Shown here: positions 38,294 to 47,659 of the stretch, one piece after another
How positions within the stretch are numbered: the stretch's first letter is position 1
Layout: every line of letters starts with the position of its first letter
Assembly (NCBI GenBank): GCA_031256515.1
Contig: JAIRQL010000100.1
Span: forward strand, 19,113-83,112
Reading direction: 5' to 3'
DNA: 64,000 nucleotides
Origin: Alphaproteobacteria bacterium
GTDB lineage: Bacteria; Pseudomonadota; Alphaproteobacteria; WRAU01; Hepatincolaceae
Made by a program: the position numbers and the translations under genes
Notes under the pieces: model-generated
The model's database searches: none
What the model was told of the DNA's origin: nothing
Seen by the model: only the letters and a program-made list of their open reading frames with translations

Positions 38294-39779
38294 ACATTTA
38301 TACAAATATTTATTAGTTTGTTTATTCTCTTTCTTTTATGTTCTAGGATTTGCTCCCTTTAACTTTTTCTTTTTGGGTGTTTTGGCAATTGTTGGAATAT
38401 CCTTTATTTTTAAAAGAGCCAGCAATAAGAAAGAATTGGTTTCTCTTACACTTTTAAGTTCTCTAGTAATAAGTATTTTTGGGATGTATTGGTTAGTTTA
38501 TGCAGCTAATTATACTTTTGAATCTAAGTTTTTAGGAGTTCTTGTTCTTATAGGATTTAGCTTTCTATATTCAGTTTTTATGTTTATGGTGTCTATTCCT
38601 ATTTATTTAGCTAATAAAAATAGGAAATTTTATTTTTTTGTTTTAGTAATTGCTTGGAGTGCTATGGATTGCTTTAAGTTTTACTTTTTAGGAGGATTTC
38701 CTTGGTTTTTATCAGCCTATTTATGGAGCGAAACTTTACCTATTATTCAAATAGTTTCAGTAATTGGAGTAGTAGGATTAAGTGTTTTTACCTATGCTTT
38801 AGTTTTTTCTTTATATGTTTTATTTAATGGTAATATTTCTAAATCTTTTAGATTTAATACTCTTTTTATATTTATAATAGCTTTTGCTGGATTTTATTTC
38901 TACGGACAAGCAAGAATCAATTATTTAAATATTCTACCTGCAGAAAAAACTCTTAAAGTGCGATTAGTTCAAACTAATATTTCACAAGCAACTAAGCTAA
39001 AAAGCAACACTTCAGAAATTATTGCTGATAGTGTTTTGCCGCAAATATCTTTAGATATAGAAAAAGCTAATCCGCAAATGATATTTCTACCAGAAACTTC
39101 TTTTATTTTTTTTAATGAAAAATATTTTAATAATAAAATTACTCAAACTCCAAATATACCTTTAGTTGTAGGAGTACTAAGGCTTGATGTTGAAAATCAT
39201 GCTTATAATAGTGTTTTTAATATTCAAAATCGTAAAGTTATAGATTATTATGATAAAATTAGGTTAGTTCCATTTGGTGAAAGAATTCCATTCTCTGATT
39301 ATTTTCCAAGTATTTTAAATTTTGTAGGTTTAGAAAACTTAACAGCAGGAGAAGAAGTTCGTATTTTTACAATAGGTGATTATAAACTAGTGCCAACTGT
39401 TTGTTTTGAAGGGTTATTTCCTTTAGAAAACATTACTGCTAATGATGTAGACTTTATTTTAAACACTGCTAATGAAGCTTGGTTTAATCAATCAATAGAA
39501 TTAGATCAAAATTGGGATATATATAAATTTAGAAGTATTGAAACGGGAGTACCCTCTTTAAAGGTTGCCAATACAGGGATTTCTGGAGCATATGATTTAA
39601 AAGGTGATATTTTATTTGAAGTAGAGCCATTTATAAAAATTAATGCAGATATGATTTTTCCTATTAAAAAAACTACCACTGTTTTTTCTAAAATAAATTA
39701 TCATAATATAAATTATGGAATATTTATTCTTTATGTGATAATGCTTTCTTTAGTTTTTTTAAGAAAGAACATCGTGTAG
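38277..39779 (+). CDS. lnt: Apolipoprotein N-acyltransferase
   Basis: FAPF, GGFPW, LPE, KIRLVPFGE, VCFE, NEAWF, NTGIS. Confidence 0.93.
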   Translation: MIIRNKHLYKYLLVCLFSFFYVLGFAPFNFFFLGVLAIVGISFIFKRASNKKELVSLTLLSSLVISIFGMYWLVYAANYTFESKFLGVLVLIGFSFLYSVFMFMVSIPIYLANKNRKFYFFVLVIAWSAMDCFKFYFLGGFPWFLSAYLWSETLPIIQIVSVIGVVGLSVFTYALVFSLYVLFNGNISKSFRFNTLFIFIIAFAGFYFYGQARINYLNILPAEKTLKVRLVQTNISQATKLKSNTSEIIADSVLPQISLDIEKANPQMIFLPETSFIFFNEKYFNNKITQTPNIPLVVGVLRLDVENHAYNSVFNIQNRKVIDYYDKIRLVPFGERIPFSDYFPSILNFVGLENLTAGEEVRIFTIGDYKLVPTVCFEGLFPLENITANDVDFILNTANEAWFNQSIELDQNWDIYKFRSIETGVPSLKVANTGISGAYDLKGDILFEVEPFIKINADMIFPIKKTTTVFSKINYHNINYGIFILYVIMLSLVFLRKNIV

Positions 39780-39828
39780 GTTGTATTTTTCATAAATTTA
39801 ATATATAATCTATATTAGTGATATATTA

Positions 39829-40248
39829 ATGGATATGGTTCTAATGAATAATAGTGAATCTACAGAACATAATAGACAGCCTAAAGACATAGATGTTTTT
39901 GCTGGTGAGCAGTTAAAAAAGCGACGCAAGGAACTAGGGATATCTCAAAAGGCTTTAGCAGAACAGCTAGGGGTAACTTTTCAGCAGGTACAAAAGTACG
40001 AAAAAGGTTTGAATAGAATTGGGGCTAGCCGATTATTTGATATATGTAGAGTTTTAAAAACTAAGCCTTCATATTTTTTTAAAGTTCTTAATTATGATTC
40101 TTCAGATATCTTAAATAATCTAACAATAGCTGAAAATAATGGCCTTTCAACAGAGATTGTTTCTTTAATAAAAATGTTTGAAGCTATAGACGAGAATCAA
40201 AAACAAATTATTTTAGACTTACTAAAAAGTATGAAATCTAAAAAATAA
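39829..40248 (+). CDS. XRE-family HTH transcriptional regulator
   Basis: GISQKALAEQLGVTFQQVQKYEKGLNRIGASRL; usual lnt-HTH-metK position. Confidence 0.9.
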   Translation: MDMVLMNNSESTEHNRQPKDIDVFAGEQLKKRRKELGISQKALAEQLGVTFQQVQKYEKGLNRIGASRLFDICRVLKTKPSYFFKVLNYDSSDILNNLTIAENNGLSTEIVSLIKMFEAIDENQKQIILDLLKSMKSKK

Positions 40249-40381
40249 AAATATAAAAAGCTAAATCTAATAAAATATTTTTAGATGATAATCAAAAATA
40301 TTTATATGATTAATATCATAAATTTCTTTGTATTCTTATTTATGCAACTATCTTAACTGTATTTATTAAATTACTTGTTGT

Positions 40382-40453
40382 TTCTTATGATTCTTATATT
40401 ATGTTTGACAATAAAAATATAAAATGATAATTTAAAAATAAGAATGATTATTA
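40382..40453 (+). promoter_or_regulatory. Sigma70 promoter with Per/Fur-box-like operators upstream of perR-ahpCF
   Basis: TTGACA 40405-40410, N17, TAATTT 40428-40433; TAAGAATGATTATTA at 40439-40453 and the related TAAGAATCATAAGAA on the minus strand at 40382-40396. Confidence 0.5.
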
Positions 40454-40484
40454 TTATTGTTTTTAGTTAAAAGTAAAATAAAGA

Positions 40485-40877
40485 ATGAAAGCAAAAAACT
40501 ATAGTAAAAAAAGGGAAGCTATTTTAGAAAAGATTCGTACAGCTACTTGCCATCCAACAGCTGAGTGGATATTTCAAGAATTAAAAGAAGATTTTCCAGA
40601 TCTTTCTTTAGCTACAGTTTATAGAAATATTACTTTGTTTAAAGAAGAAAGAATCATTTCTTCGGTTGGTAATATTCAAGGGCAAGAGCATTTTGACGGA
40701 ATAATGCAACCACACGGGCATTTTATTTGCGAGAAATGTCAAAAAATAAGGGATATTACTTTTAGTAATATCCAACCAGAACTTATTAAATATTTAGAAG
40801 GAATCCAAGATTCTAAAGTAGAGCATATAGATTTAACTGTTCGTGGTATTTGTAAAAATTGCCTAGATGCTAAATAA
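40485..40877 (+). CDS. Fur-family regulator, PerR-like
   Basis: HPTAEWIF, LSLATVYRN, HFDG..QPHGHFICEKC, CKNC; directly upstream of ahpC. Confidence 0.85.
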   Translation: MKAKNYSKKREAILEKIRTATCHPTAEWIFQELKEDFPDLSLATVYRNITLFKEERIISSVGNIQGQEHFDGIMQPHGHFICEKCQKIRDITFSNIQPELIKYLEGIQDSKVEHIDLTVRGICKNCLDAK

Positions 40878-40910
40878 ATATTAATTAACTATCAATATAA
40901 GGAGAGATCT

Positions 40911-41480
40911 ATGAGATTAATTGGTAAAAAAGTAGAATCATTTGAAGCCGATGCTTTTCAAAAAGATAAAGGTTTTATAAAAGTTTCCTCAGAAAAAGAT
41001 TTTAATGGAAAATGGAGTGTAGTTTGTTTTTATCCAGCAGATTTTACCTTTGTTTGCCCTACCGAATTAGAAGACTTACAAGATCAATATGCTAAATTAA
41101 AAGCAATGGATGTAGAAGTTTATTCTGTATCAACAGATACTCATTTTACTCATAAAGCTTGGCACGATCATTCAACAGCCATTAGTAAAGTAGAATATGT
41201 TATGATAGGTGATCCATCTCATAAAATTTCTCGTATCTTTGATGTGCTAATAGAAGAAGAAGGCTTAGCAGATCGTGGTACTTTTGTTATAGACCCTGAT
41301 GGAATTATTCAAATGGCAGAAATAAATGCTGGTGGAATTGGTCGTGATGCTAGCACATTAGTAGACAAAATTAAAGCTGCTCAGTATGTTCGTAAAAATC
41401 CAGGTGAAGTTTGCCCTGCTAAGTGGAAAGAGGGTAGTGAGACTTTAAAACCTAACTTAGATCTAGTAGGAAAGATTTAA
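40911..41480 (+). CDS. ahpC: Alkyl hydroperoxide reductase subunit C
   Basis: [33 protein letters not shown]. Confidence 0.97.
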   Translation: MRLIGKKVESFEADAFQKDKGFIKVSSEKDFNGKWSVVCFYPADFTFVCPTELEDLQDQYAKLKAMDVEVYSVSTDTHFTHKAWHDHSTAISKVEYVMIGDPSHKISRIFDVLIEEEGLADRGTFVIDPDGIIQMAEINAGGIGRDASTLVDKIKAAQYVRKNPGEVCPAKWKEGSETLKPNLDLVGKI

Positions 41481-41576
41481 TTCTTTTGTACTTCTATTTA
41501 GTCGTGTTGCTCCTCACATATTGATTATATGCGATGGAGCAACACTCCTAATAATAAGCTCAAACTATTAACTTTT
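41470..41576. repeat. MITE/RPE-like palindromic element, copy 2
   Basis: Stem GTGTTGCTCC (41504-41513)/GGAGCAACAC (41536-41545), loop TCACATATTGATTATATGCGAT, right end ATTAACTTTT; left end degenerate. Confidence 0.75.
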
Positions 41577-41639
41577 ATCAACATATTAAAAAAAATCTAT
41601 ATATTTTATAAATAACTTCCAATTAAACATGAGTTAATA

Positions 41640-43169
41640 ATGTCCTTAGATAATGAAACAAAAGTACAGCTTTTACCGTACTTAGAATACATAGAGCAAG
41701 ATATAATCTTGAAAGTTTGTTATGATGATACAACAAAAAATATCTTAGATTTTGTTGAAGAAATAGCAAGTATGTCGCCGAAAATTTCAGTAGAAAAAGC
41801 TCAATTAGAAAGAGTGGGTAGTTTTGCTATTAATAGAGTAAATCAAAGCAGTGGTGTAGTATTTGCTGGGCTTCCATTAGGGCATGAATTTACCTCATTA
41901 GTTATGGCTTTGGTGCAAGTTAGTGGTCGTAAACCTAAAATTGAAGATAAACTTATAGAGCAAATTAAAAAAATTAATAGAAAACTAGAATTTACAACTT
42001 TTGTAAGTTTAAGTTGCCATAATTGTCCTGATGTAGTACAAGCACTTAATATTATGTCGGTTTTAAATCCTAATATTAGCCATACAATGGTAGAAGGTGG
42101 TAGTTTTCAGGCAGAAATTGAAACTAAGCAAATTATGGCAGTGCCAACTATCCATTTAAATGGTGAAGAGTTTGCTAGTGGTCGCCAAAGTTTAGAACAA
42201 ATCTTGGTTAAATTAGGTGATTCTGTTGATTTTTCGGAATTAAATAATAAAGATCCTTATGATATGCTAATAGTAGGAGGAGGTCCAGCAGGGTCTTCTG
42301 CTGCTATTTATGCAGCTCGTAAAGGTATCCGTGTAGGAATGCTAAGTGAAAATTTAGGCGGTCAAGTCTTAGAGACTTTAGGAATTGAAAATATTATTGG
42401 TACAAAATATACAGAAGGTCCTAAATTTATGAGCCAAGTGTTAGATCATATTAAGGAATATCCTATTGATATTATAACTTCACAACGAGCAACAAAATTA
42501 GAAAAAAAAGAGTTGCTAGAATTAAGTTTAAATAGTGGAGCAATTTTAAAAGCTAAATCGGTAGTGCTTGCTACCGGAGCTAAGTGGAAAAATATTGGAG
42601 TTAAGGGCGAGCAAGAGTTTAAAAACAAAGGAATTGCTTATTGTCCTCATTGTGATGGTCCATTATTTGTAGGCAAAGAGATTGCAGTAATTGGTGGTGG
42701 AAATTCTGGAGTGGAGGCAGTTCTAGATTTAGCAGGTATTGTAAAACATATTACTCTTATAGAGTTTTCTCTTGAGCTAAAAGCTGATAAAATCTTGCAA
42801 GAAAGATTGCATGCTCTAAAAAATGTTAGCATAATTACCAATGCTCAAACTACCGAAATTATGGGAACAAGCAAGGTAGAAAGTTTAAAATATTTAGATA
42901 GAAATAGTGGCAATGAAACCACAATTACCGTGCAAGGTGTATTTATCTTAATAGGCTTGCAACCAATAACCGATTGGCTAGGAGATAATATTGCTAAAAA
43001 TAAAATTGGTGAAATAATTGTAGATAAACATGGAGCTACTAACCTTGAGGGAGTTTTTGCTGCAGGGGATTGCACGGATAGTGTTTATAAACAAATAATT
43101 ATATCAATGGGAGCGGGAGCAGTTGCAGCATTAGGTGCATACGAATACCTTTTATACAGGAAAAGTTAA
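41640..43169 (+). CDS. ahpF: Alkyl hydroperoxide reductase subunit F
   Basis: LPLGHEFTSLV, SCHNCPDVVQ, GGGPAG, YCPHCDG, GGGNSG, AAGD. Confidence 0.96.
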   Translation: MSLDNETKVQLLPYLEYIEQDIILKVCYDDTTKNILDFVEEIASMSPKISVEKAQLERVGSFAINRVNQSSGVVFAGLPLGHEFTSLVMALVQVSGRKPKIEDKLIEQIKKINRKLEFTTFVSLSCHNCPDVVQALNIMSVLNPNISHTMVEGGSFQAEIETKQIMAVPTIHLNGEEFASGRQSLEQILVKLGDSVDFSELNNKDPYDMLIVGGGPAGSSAAIYAARKGIRVGMLSENLGGQVLETLGIENIIGTKYTEGPKFMSQVLDHIKEYPIDIITSQRATKLEKKELLELSLNSGAILKAKSVVLATGAKWKNIGVKGEQEFKNKGIAYCPHCDGPLFVGKEIAVIGGGNSGVEAVLDLAGIVKHITLIEFSLELKADKILQERLHALKNVSIITNAQTTEIMGTSKVESLKYLDRNSGNETTITVQGVFILIGLQPITDWLGDNIAKNKIGEIIVDKHGATNLEGVFAAGDCTDSVYKQIIISMGAGAVAALGAYEYLLYRKS

Positions 43170-43264
43170 TATTGTTGCCTTCTATGTTATCGCAAAGTAG
43201 CTCATGTATTAATTATACACTTCGCTACTTTGCTCCTAATATAAGGCTAACATTATTAACTTTT
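43161..43264. repeat. MITE/RPE-like palindromic element, copy 3
   Basis: Perfect terminal inverted repeats AAAAGTTAAT/ATTAACTTTT; stem GCAAAGTAGC (43192-43201)/GCTACTTTGC (43224-43233). Confidence 0.8.
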
Positions 43265-43310
43265 ATATAAAGATAATTTTAGATTTTATTTGACATCATC
43301 AATTATAATT

Positions 43311-43339
43311 TTGCTTTATACTAGCTTTTTTGTTATAAT
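43311..43339 (+). promoter_or_regulatory. Sigma70 promoter of metK
   Basis: TTGCTT-N17-TATAAT with extended -10 TG. Confidence 0.6.
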
Positions 43340-43380
43340 GAGATTTTGTTTGTGGTTTGAAAAAAATAAGAGAGAAATTT

Positions 43381-44553
43381 ATGAATAAAGAAAGTTATTT
43401 ATTTACCAGTGAATCTGTATCTGAGGGGCATCCTGATAAAGTAGCCGATCAGATCTCGGATAGCATTTTAGATTTTTTCCTATCTCATGATCCTTTTGCT
43501 CGTGTGGCGATAGAAACTTTAGTTACCACAAATCAAATAGTTTTAGCTGGTGAGGTTAAAACAAACTTAGAATTTTCTCTTGATGATATAAATTTCGTAG
43601 CTCGTGATACTGTTAAAAAAATTGGTTACGAACAAAAAGGTTTTGATCATAGAACTCTTTCTATCTTAAATTATATTCACGGACAATCTGCTGATATTGC
43701 TATGGGTGTTGACGAAACCGATTCTAAAGAAGAAGGTGCAGGCGACCAAGGTATTATGTTCGGCTATGCTTGTAATGATACAGAAGTTTTAATGCCTTTT
43801 AGTATTTATTACTCTCATAAAATTTTAGAAGAATTAGCTAAAAAAAGAAAAAGTGGTGCAATTAAGGGCTTGCTTCCTGATGCTAAAAGTCAGGTTACCT
43901 TAGAATATATGAACGGTAAACCTTTAAGAGTGCATACAGTAGTGGTATCACATCAGCATGAAGAACACCTTTCTACTGAAGATGTTCGTAAACTTATTAT
44001 GCCAGTTATTAAAGAAGTATTACCAAGTAATTTATATAATCCAGATGATTGTATCCATCATATTAATCCTACTGGTAGATTTGTGATTGGTGGACCAGAT
44101 GGTGATACTGGTTTAACTGGTAGAAAAATTATTGTAGACACATACGGTGGGGTAGCTCCTCATGGTGGGGGGGCTTTTTCTGGTAAGGACCCAACAAAAG
44201 TTGATAGATCAGCTGCCTATGCTGCTAGATATTTAGCTAAAAATATTGTGGCAAGTGGTGTAGCTAGTAGATGTACTATTCAGTTATCTTATGCTATTGG
44301 TGTAGCTCAGCCTTTGTCTGTTTATGTGGATACTCACGGTACTGGCAAAGTTAATGATAGAGAAATTGAGGCAATTATTCCGCAATTAATGAACTTGTCT
44401 CCTAAGGGTATAAGAACCCATTTGGTTTTAAATAAGCCAATTTATGGAATTACTGCTTCTTATGGTCATTTTGGTAGAAACTCAACTGGCGATTTATTTA
44501 CTTGGGAAAAACTAGATTTATCAGCAAAAATTAAAAATTTACTTAAAATTTAG
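43381..44553 (+). CDS. metK: S-adenosylmethionine synthase (start ATG 43381)
   Basis: [50 protein letters not shown]. Confidence 0.98.
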   Translation: MNKESYLFTSESVSEGHPDKVADQISDSILDFFLSHDPFARVAIETLVTTNQIVLAGEVKTNLEFSLDDINFVARDTVKKIGYEQKGFDHRTLSILNYIHGQSADIAMGVDETDSKEEGAGDQGIMFGYACNDTEVLMPFSIYYSHKILEELAKKRKSGAIKGLLPDAKSQVTLEYMNGKPLRVHTVVVSHQHEEHLSTEDVRKLIMPVIKEVLPSNLYNPDDCIHHINPTGRFVIGGPDGDTGLTGRKIIVDTYGGVAPHGGGAFSGKDPTKVDRSAAYAARYLAKNIVASGVASRCTIQLSYAIGVAQPLSVYVDTHGTGKVNDREIEAIIPQLMNLSPKGIRTHLVLNKPIYGITASYGHFGRNSTGDLFTWEKLDLSAKIKNLLKI

Positions 44554-44558
44554 TAATT

Positions 44559-45263
44559 ATGAGCGATAATATTTCTGCTAATAATAAATTTATTAATTTT
44601 TATGGTAGAACTACAGGACATCTTAGTAAAAGGTCGGTTTATCTTTTAGAAAATTTATTATCAAAATATCTACTTAATATTGATAACCTTAAAGATAATA
44701 GTTTTTATAAGTTAGCCCAGCAATATGAAAAAGTTAATTTAGAAATTGGCTTTGGTAGTGGGGATTTTCTTTTTAATTCAGTCATCAATAATCCTAATAG
44801 TTTGTATTTAGGAGTGGAAGTTTTTAGTAATGGTGTGGCAACACTCTTAGATAAAATAGATAATTACTCAAAAGAAGAAGTTCTCCCTAATGTTTTGATT
44901 TATAATGCTAATATTTATTATTTATTAGATTATTTTACAGAAAACACCTTTGATAATCTTTATATATTATTTCCAGATCCTTGGCATAAGAATAAACATC
45001 ATAAACGAAGATTAATTAATGAAGATAATTTAACTTTGTTTTCTAAGATTTTAAAAAAAGATGGTGTTTTAAGATTTGTTTCCGATCATGCAGATTATGT
45101 AAATTGGGCGATAGAACATTTTGAAAAATCTAATAATTTTAAAATATTAAATCCTGATGATTTTAAAATAACTCCTGCCGATCACTTTCAAACTAAATAT
45201 GAAAGAAAGGCAATTAAGGAAGGCAGAGAGATAGCTTATCTTAATATTCAAAACATTAAATAA
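44559..45263 (+). CDS. trmB: tRNA m7G46 methyltransferase
   Basis: LEIGFGSG, FPDPWHKNKHHKRR, TKYE. Confidence 0.94.
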   Translation: MSDNISANNKFINFYGRTTGHLSKRSVYLLENLLSKYLLNIDNLKDNSFYKLAQQYEKVNLEIGFGSGDFLFNSVINNPNSLYLGVEVFSNGVATLLDKIDNYSKEEVLPNVLIYNANIYYLLDYFTENTFDNLYILFPDPWHKNKHHKRRLINEDNLTLFSKILKKDGVLRFVSDHADYVNWAIEHFEKSNNFKILNPDDFKITPADHFQTKYERKAIKEGREIAYLNIQNIK

Positions 45264-45284
45264 TTAAAAATTTCAATAAATAAT

Positions 45285-45365
45285 TTGCAAAAGTACAATT
45301 ATTGATTTATATTAAAGAAATAATAGGTTTAATCGGGTGGTAGGCAGTTTTAACTGCCTTTTTTT
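45285..45365 (+). promoter_or_regulatory. rimP-operon promoter and leader terminator/attenuator hairpin
   Basis: TTGCAA-N17-TATATT (45285-45313); AGGCAG...CTGCCT stem 45342-45359 followed by a T tract. Confidence 0.6.
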
Positions 45366-45388
45366 GCAACCAATTAAGTATAAAAAGT

Positions 45389-45931
45389 ATGAATACATTA
45401 GAACAAAAGATTTTTGAATTAGGTAATCCAGTAGCTTCAAATTTAGGTTATGTAATCGTTGATGTTAAAGTTTTTGGTAAAGAAAAAATAATCTTGCAAA
45501 TTTTCTTAGAAAAAGAAGATTTAACAAGTGTCAGCATAGATGATTGTGCCAAGTTTAGTCGTGAATTTGCGGTGCTTATGGATGTAAATAATTTAATAGA
45601 GCAAAGATATATTTTAGAGGTTAGCTCAGCAGGCATTGATAGAAAGTTGGCAAAACTCTCTGACTTTCAAAGATTTGTTGGTAGTAATGTAGCTATTAAA
45701 ACTAAATTACCCATTAACGGACAAAAAGCCTTTAAGGGTAAACTTAATAAAATAGTAGATACAAGCCTTGAAATATTAACCGAACAAGGAAGTATAGATA
45801 TTCATATTGATTTTATAGATAAGGCAAATTTAGATATATTGAAAGATTTGTTTAAAAATCCTGATTCTGATAAGAAAAACAATAAAACTAAGCACAAAAA
45901 GGGTAAAAAAGAGGAAAAAAATGCTAAATAG
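45389..45931 (+). CDS. rimP: Ribosome maturation factor RimP
   Basis: SIDDCAKFSR, LEVSSAGIDRKL. Confidence 0.93.
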   Translation: MNTLEQKIFELGNPVASNLGYVIVDVKVFGKEKIILQIFLEKEDLTSVSIDDCAKFSREFAVLMDVNNLIEQRYILEVSSAGIDRKLAKLSDFQRFVGSNVAIKTKLPINGQKAFKGKLNKIVDTSLEILTEQGSIDIHIDFIDKANLDILKDLFKNPDSDKKNNKTKHKKGKKEEKNAK

Positions 45932-47438
45932 ATCTAATTCTAATGAATTACAAGCAAGACCAGAATTAATAGATATTATTGAGAATGTTTCTAAAGACAA
46001 AGGAATCTCAATAGAAGAAGTTTTTGAGGCAATGGAAGTTGCAATTAAAAAAATTGCGGTTAATAAGTATGGTAATCTTCATGATATTAGAGTTAAAATT
46101 AATAGAAACAATGGTTCAATTTTAATCCAAAAAGTTTTAACAGTTGTTGAAGAAGTTGAAAACTCTTTACAAGAAGTTACTCTTGATGAAGCTAAAAAAA
46201 TAAAATCAGATGCGGTTTTAGGTGATATTTTAATAGAAATTCTTCCTCAGGTAAATTTTGATAGAAATTTCGTACAACCATTTCGTCAAATTGTAACCAG
46301 AAGAGTTAAAGAAGCTGAAAAGCAAAAAGAATTTGAAAATTATAAAGATAAAATTGGTGAAATTGTTAGTGGGGTTGTTAAAAGAGTTGAGTTAGGAAAT
46401 GTGTTTGTAGAGTTATCCAACAAAGCTGAAGCCTTTATGCGTCGTGATAATGTGATTCCTAGAGAAAGATTAGAGGTTGGTGATAGAATAAGAGCTTTAG
46501 TTGTTGATGTTAAAGAAGATATTAAGTCGGCTCAAATTGTTTTATCAAGAACTCATCCTGATTTTATTAAAAAACTTTTTGCTCAAGAAATTTCAGAAGT
46601 ATACGATGAACAAATTATTATTCATAGTATTGCTCGTGATGCTGGTTCTCGTTCTAAGGTAGCTTTATATTCTAATGATACTTCTATTGATCCTATCAGT
46701 ACATGTGTTGGATTTAAAGGACAAAGAATTCAAGGTATTTTAAGTGAGCTTAAAGGCGAGAAGATAGATTTAATTAGATATTCTGATAATATCGGTAATT
46801 TTGTGTTAAATGCTTTCCACGCTTCTGAGGTGCAAAAAGTTATTGTAGATGAGAACAAGAGATCTATAGAAGTAGTGGTTAATCCTGAGAAATTAAAGTT
46901 AGCTATTGGTAGAGGTGGACAAAATATTAATTTAATTTCGCAATTAATTGGTTGGCATATAGATTTAATGGACGAAGAAACTGAGAAAGTTAAAAGACAA
47001 ACTGAAATGGCAGAAAGAGTTGAGTATATGAAATCGGCTCTTGATATTGATGATATTATTTCGCAACTTCTTGTTATTGAAGGATTTAAAACTGTAGAAG
47101 ATATTATAGAAGAAAAAGTAGCTCGTCTTTCTGCGATTGAAGCCTTTAATGATGATATTATAGAAGAGCTTAAAAACAGAGCTAAAGATTTTATTGCCTC
47201 CCGTGATAAAAAATATATTGAAGAAATGAATGCTTTGGGAATTACTGAAGAACTAAGAAATTTTGAAGGGTTATCTAAAGAAATGCTAGTAGCACTAGGA
47301 GGTGAAGGAGTAAAAACAGTTAATGATTTAGCTGAGCTTTCTACTTACGATTTATTAGATATTCTTCCAAAAGGTAGTATTGATTTTAAAAAGGCAGAAG
47401 GTATTATTATATTAGCTAGAAAGATTTGGGAAATTTAA
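45921..47438 (+). CDS. nusA: Transcription factor NusA
   Basis: S1 domain, SRTHP, ARDAGSRSK, KH domains, AIGRGGQN, acidic repeats. Confidence 0.96.
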   Translation: MLNRSNSNELQARPELIDIIENVSKDKGISIEEVFEAMEVAIKKIAVNKYGNLHDIRVKINRNNGSILIQKVLTVVEEVENSLQEVTLDEAKKIKSDAVLGDILIEILPQVNFDRNFVQPFRQIVTRRVKEAEKQKEFENYKDKIGEIVSGVVKRVELGNVFVELSNKAEAFMRRDNVIPRERLEVGDRIRALVVDVKEDIKSAQIVLSRTHPDFIKKLFAQEISEVYDEQIIIHSIARDAGSRSKVALYSNDTSIDPISTCVGFKGQRIQGILSELKGEKIDLIRYSDNIGNFVLNAFHASEVQKVIVDENKRSIEVVVNPEKLKLAIGRGGQNINLISQLIGWHIDLMDEETEKVKRQTEMAERVEYMKSALDIDDIISQLLVIEGFKTVEDIIEEKVARLSAIEAFNDDIIEELKNRAKDFIASRDKKYIEEMNALGITEELRNFEGLSKEMLVALGGEGVKTVNDLAELSTYDLLDILPKGSIDFKKAEGIIILARKIWEI

Positions 47439-47659
47439 ATTATTTTGAAGTTTATATGTTGTTGGTTTGTCTTTTTAATATACAGCAGGACAAATCTTCT
47501 AATATAATTTTCAAAATATTTTTAATTAGAGTGTGTTTTTCCTTTAAGGAATGAAGTTTTATAATCCTCAAAGGAAAAAGTCGGCAAATGAGCTGATAAA
47601 AAATCCTAATTAAAGTTAGGGAAAATTAAATTCCATATGTATGGAAAAGAGAGGTCTTA

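Noticed and set aside
40273-40303. AAATATTTTT/AAAAATATTT inverted repeat after the XRE gene
   Set aside because: A/T-only arms; cannot distinguish terminator, operator or chance.
43265-43380. SAM riboswitch upstream of metK
   Set aside because: Leader after the predicted promoter is only about 35 nt with no SAM-II/SAM-alpha features.
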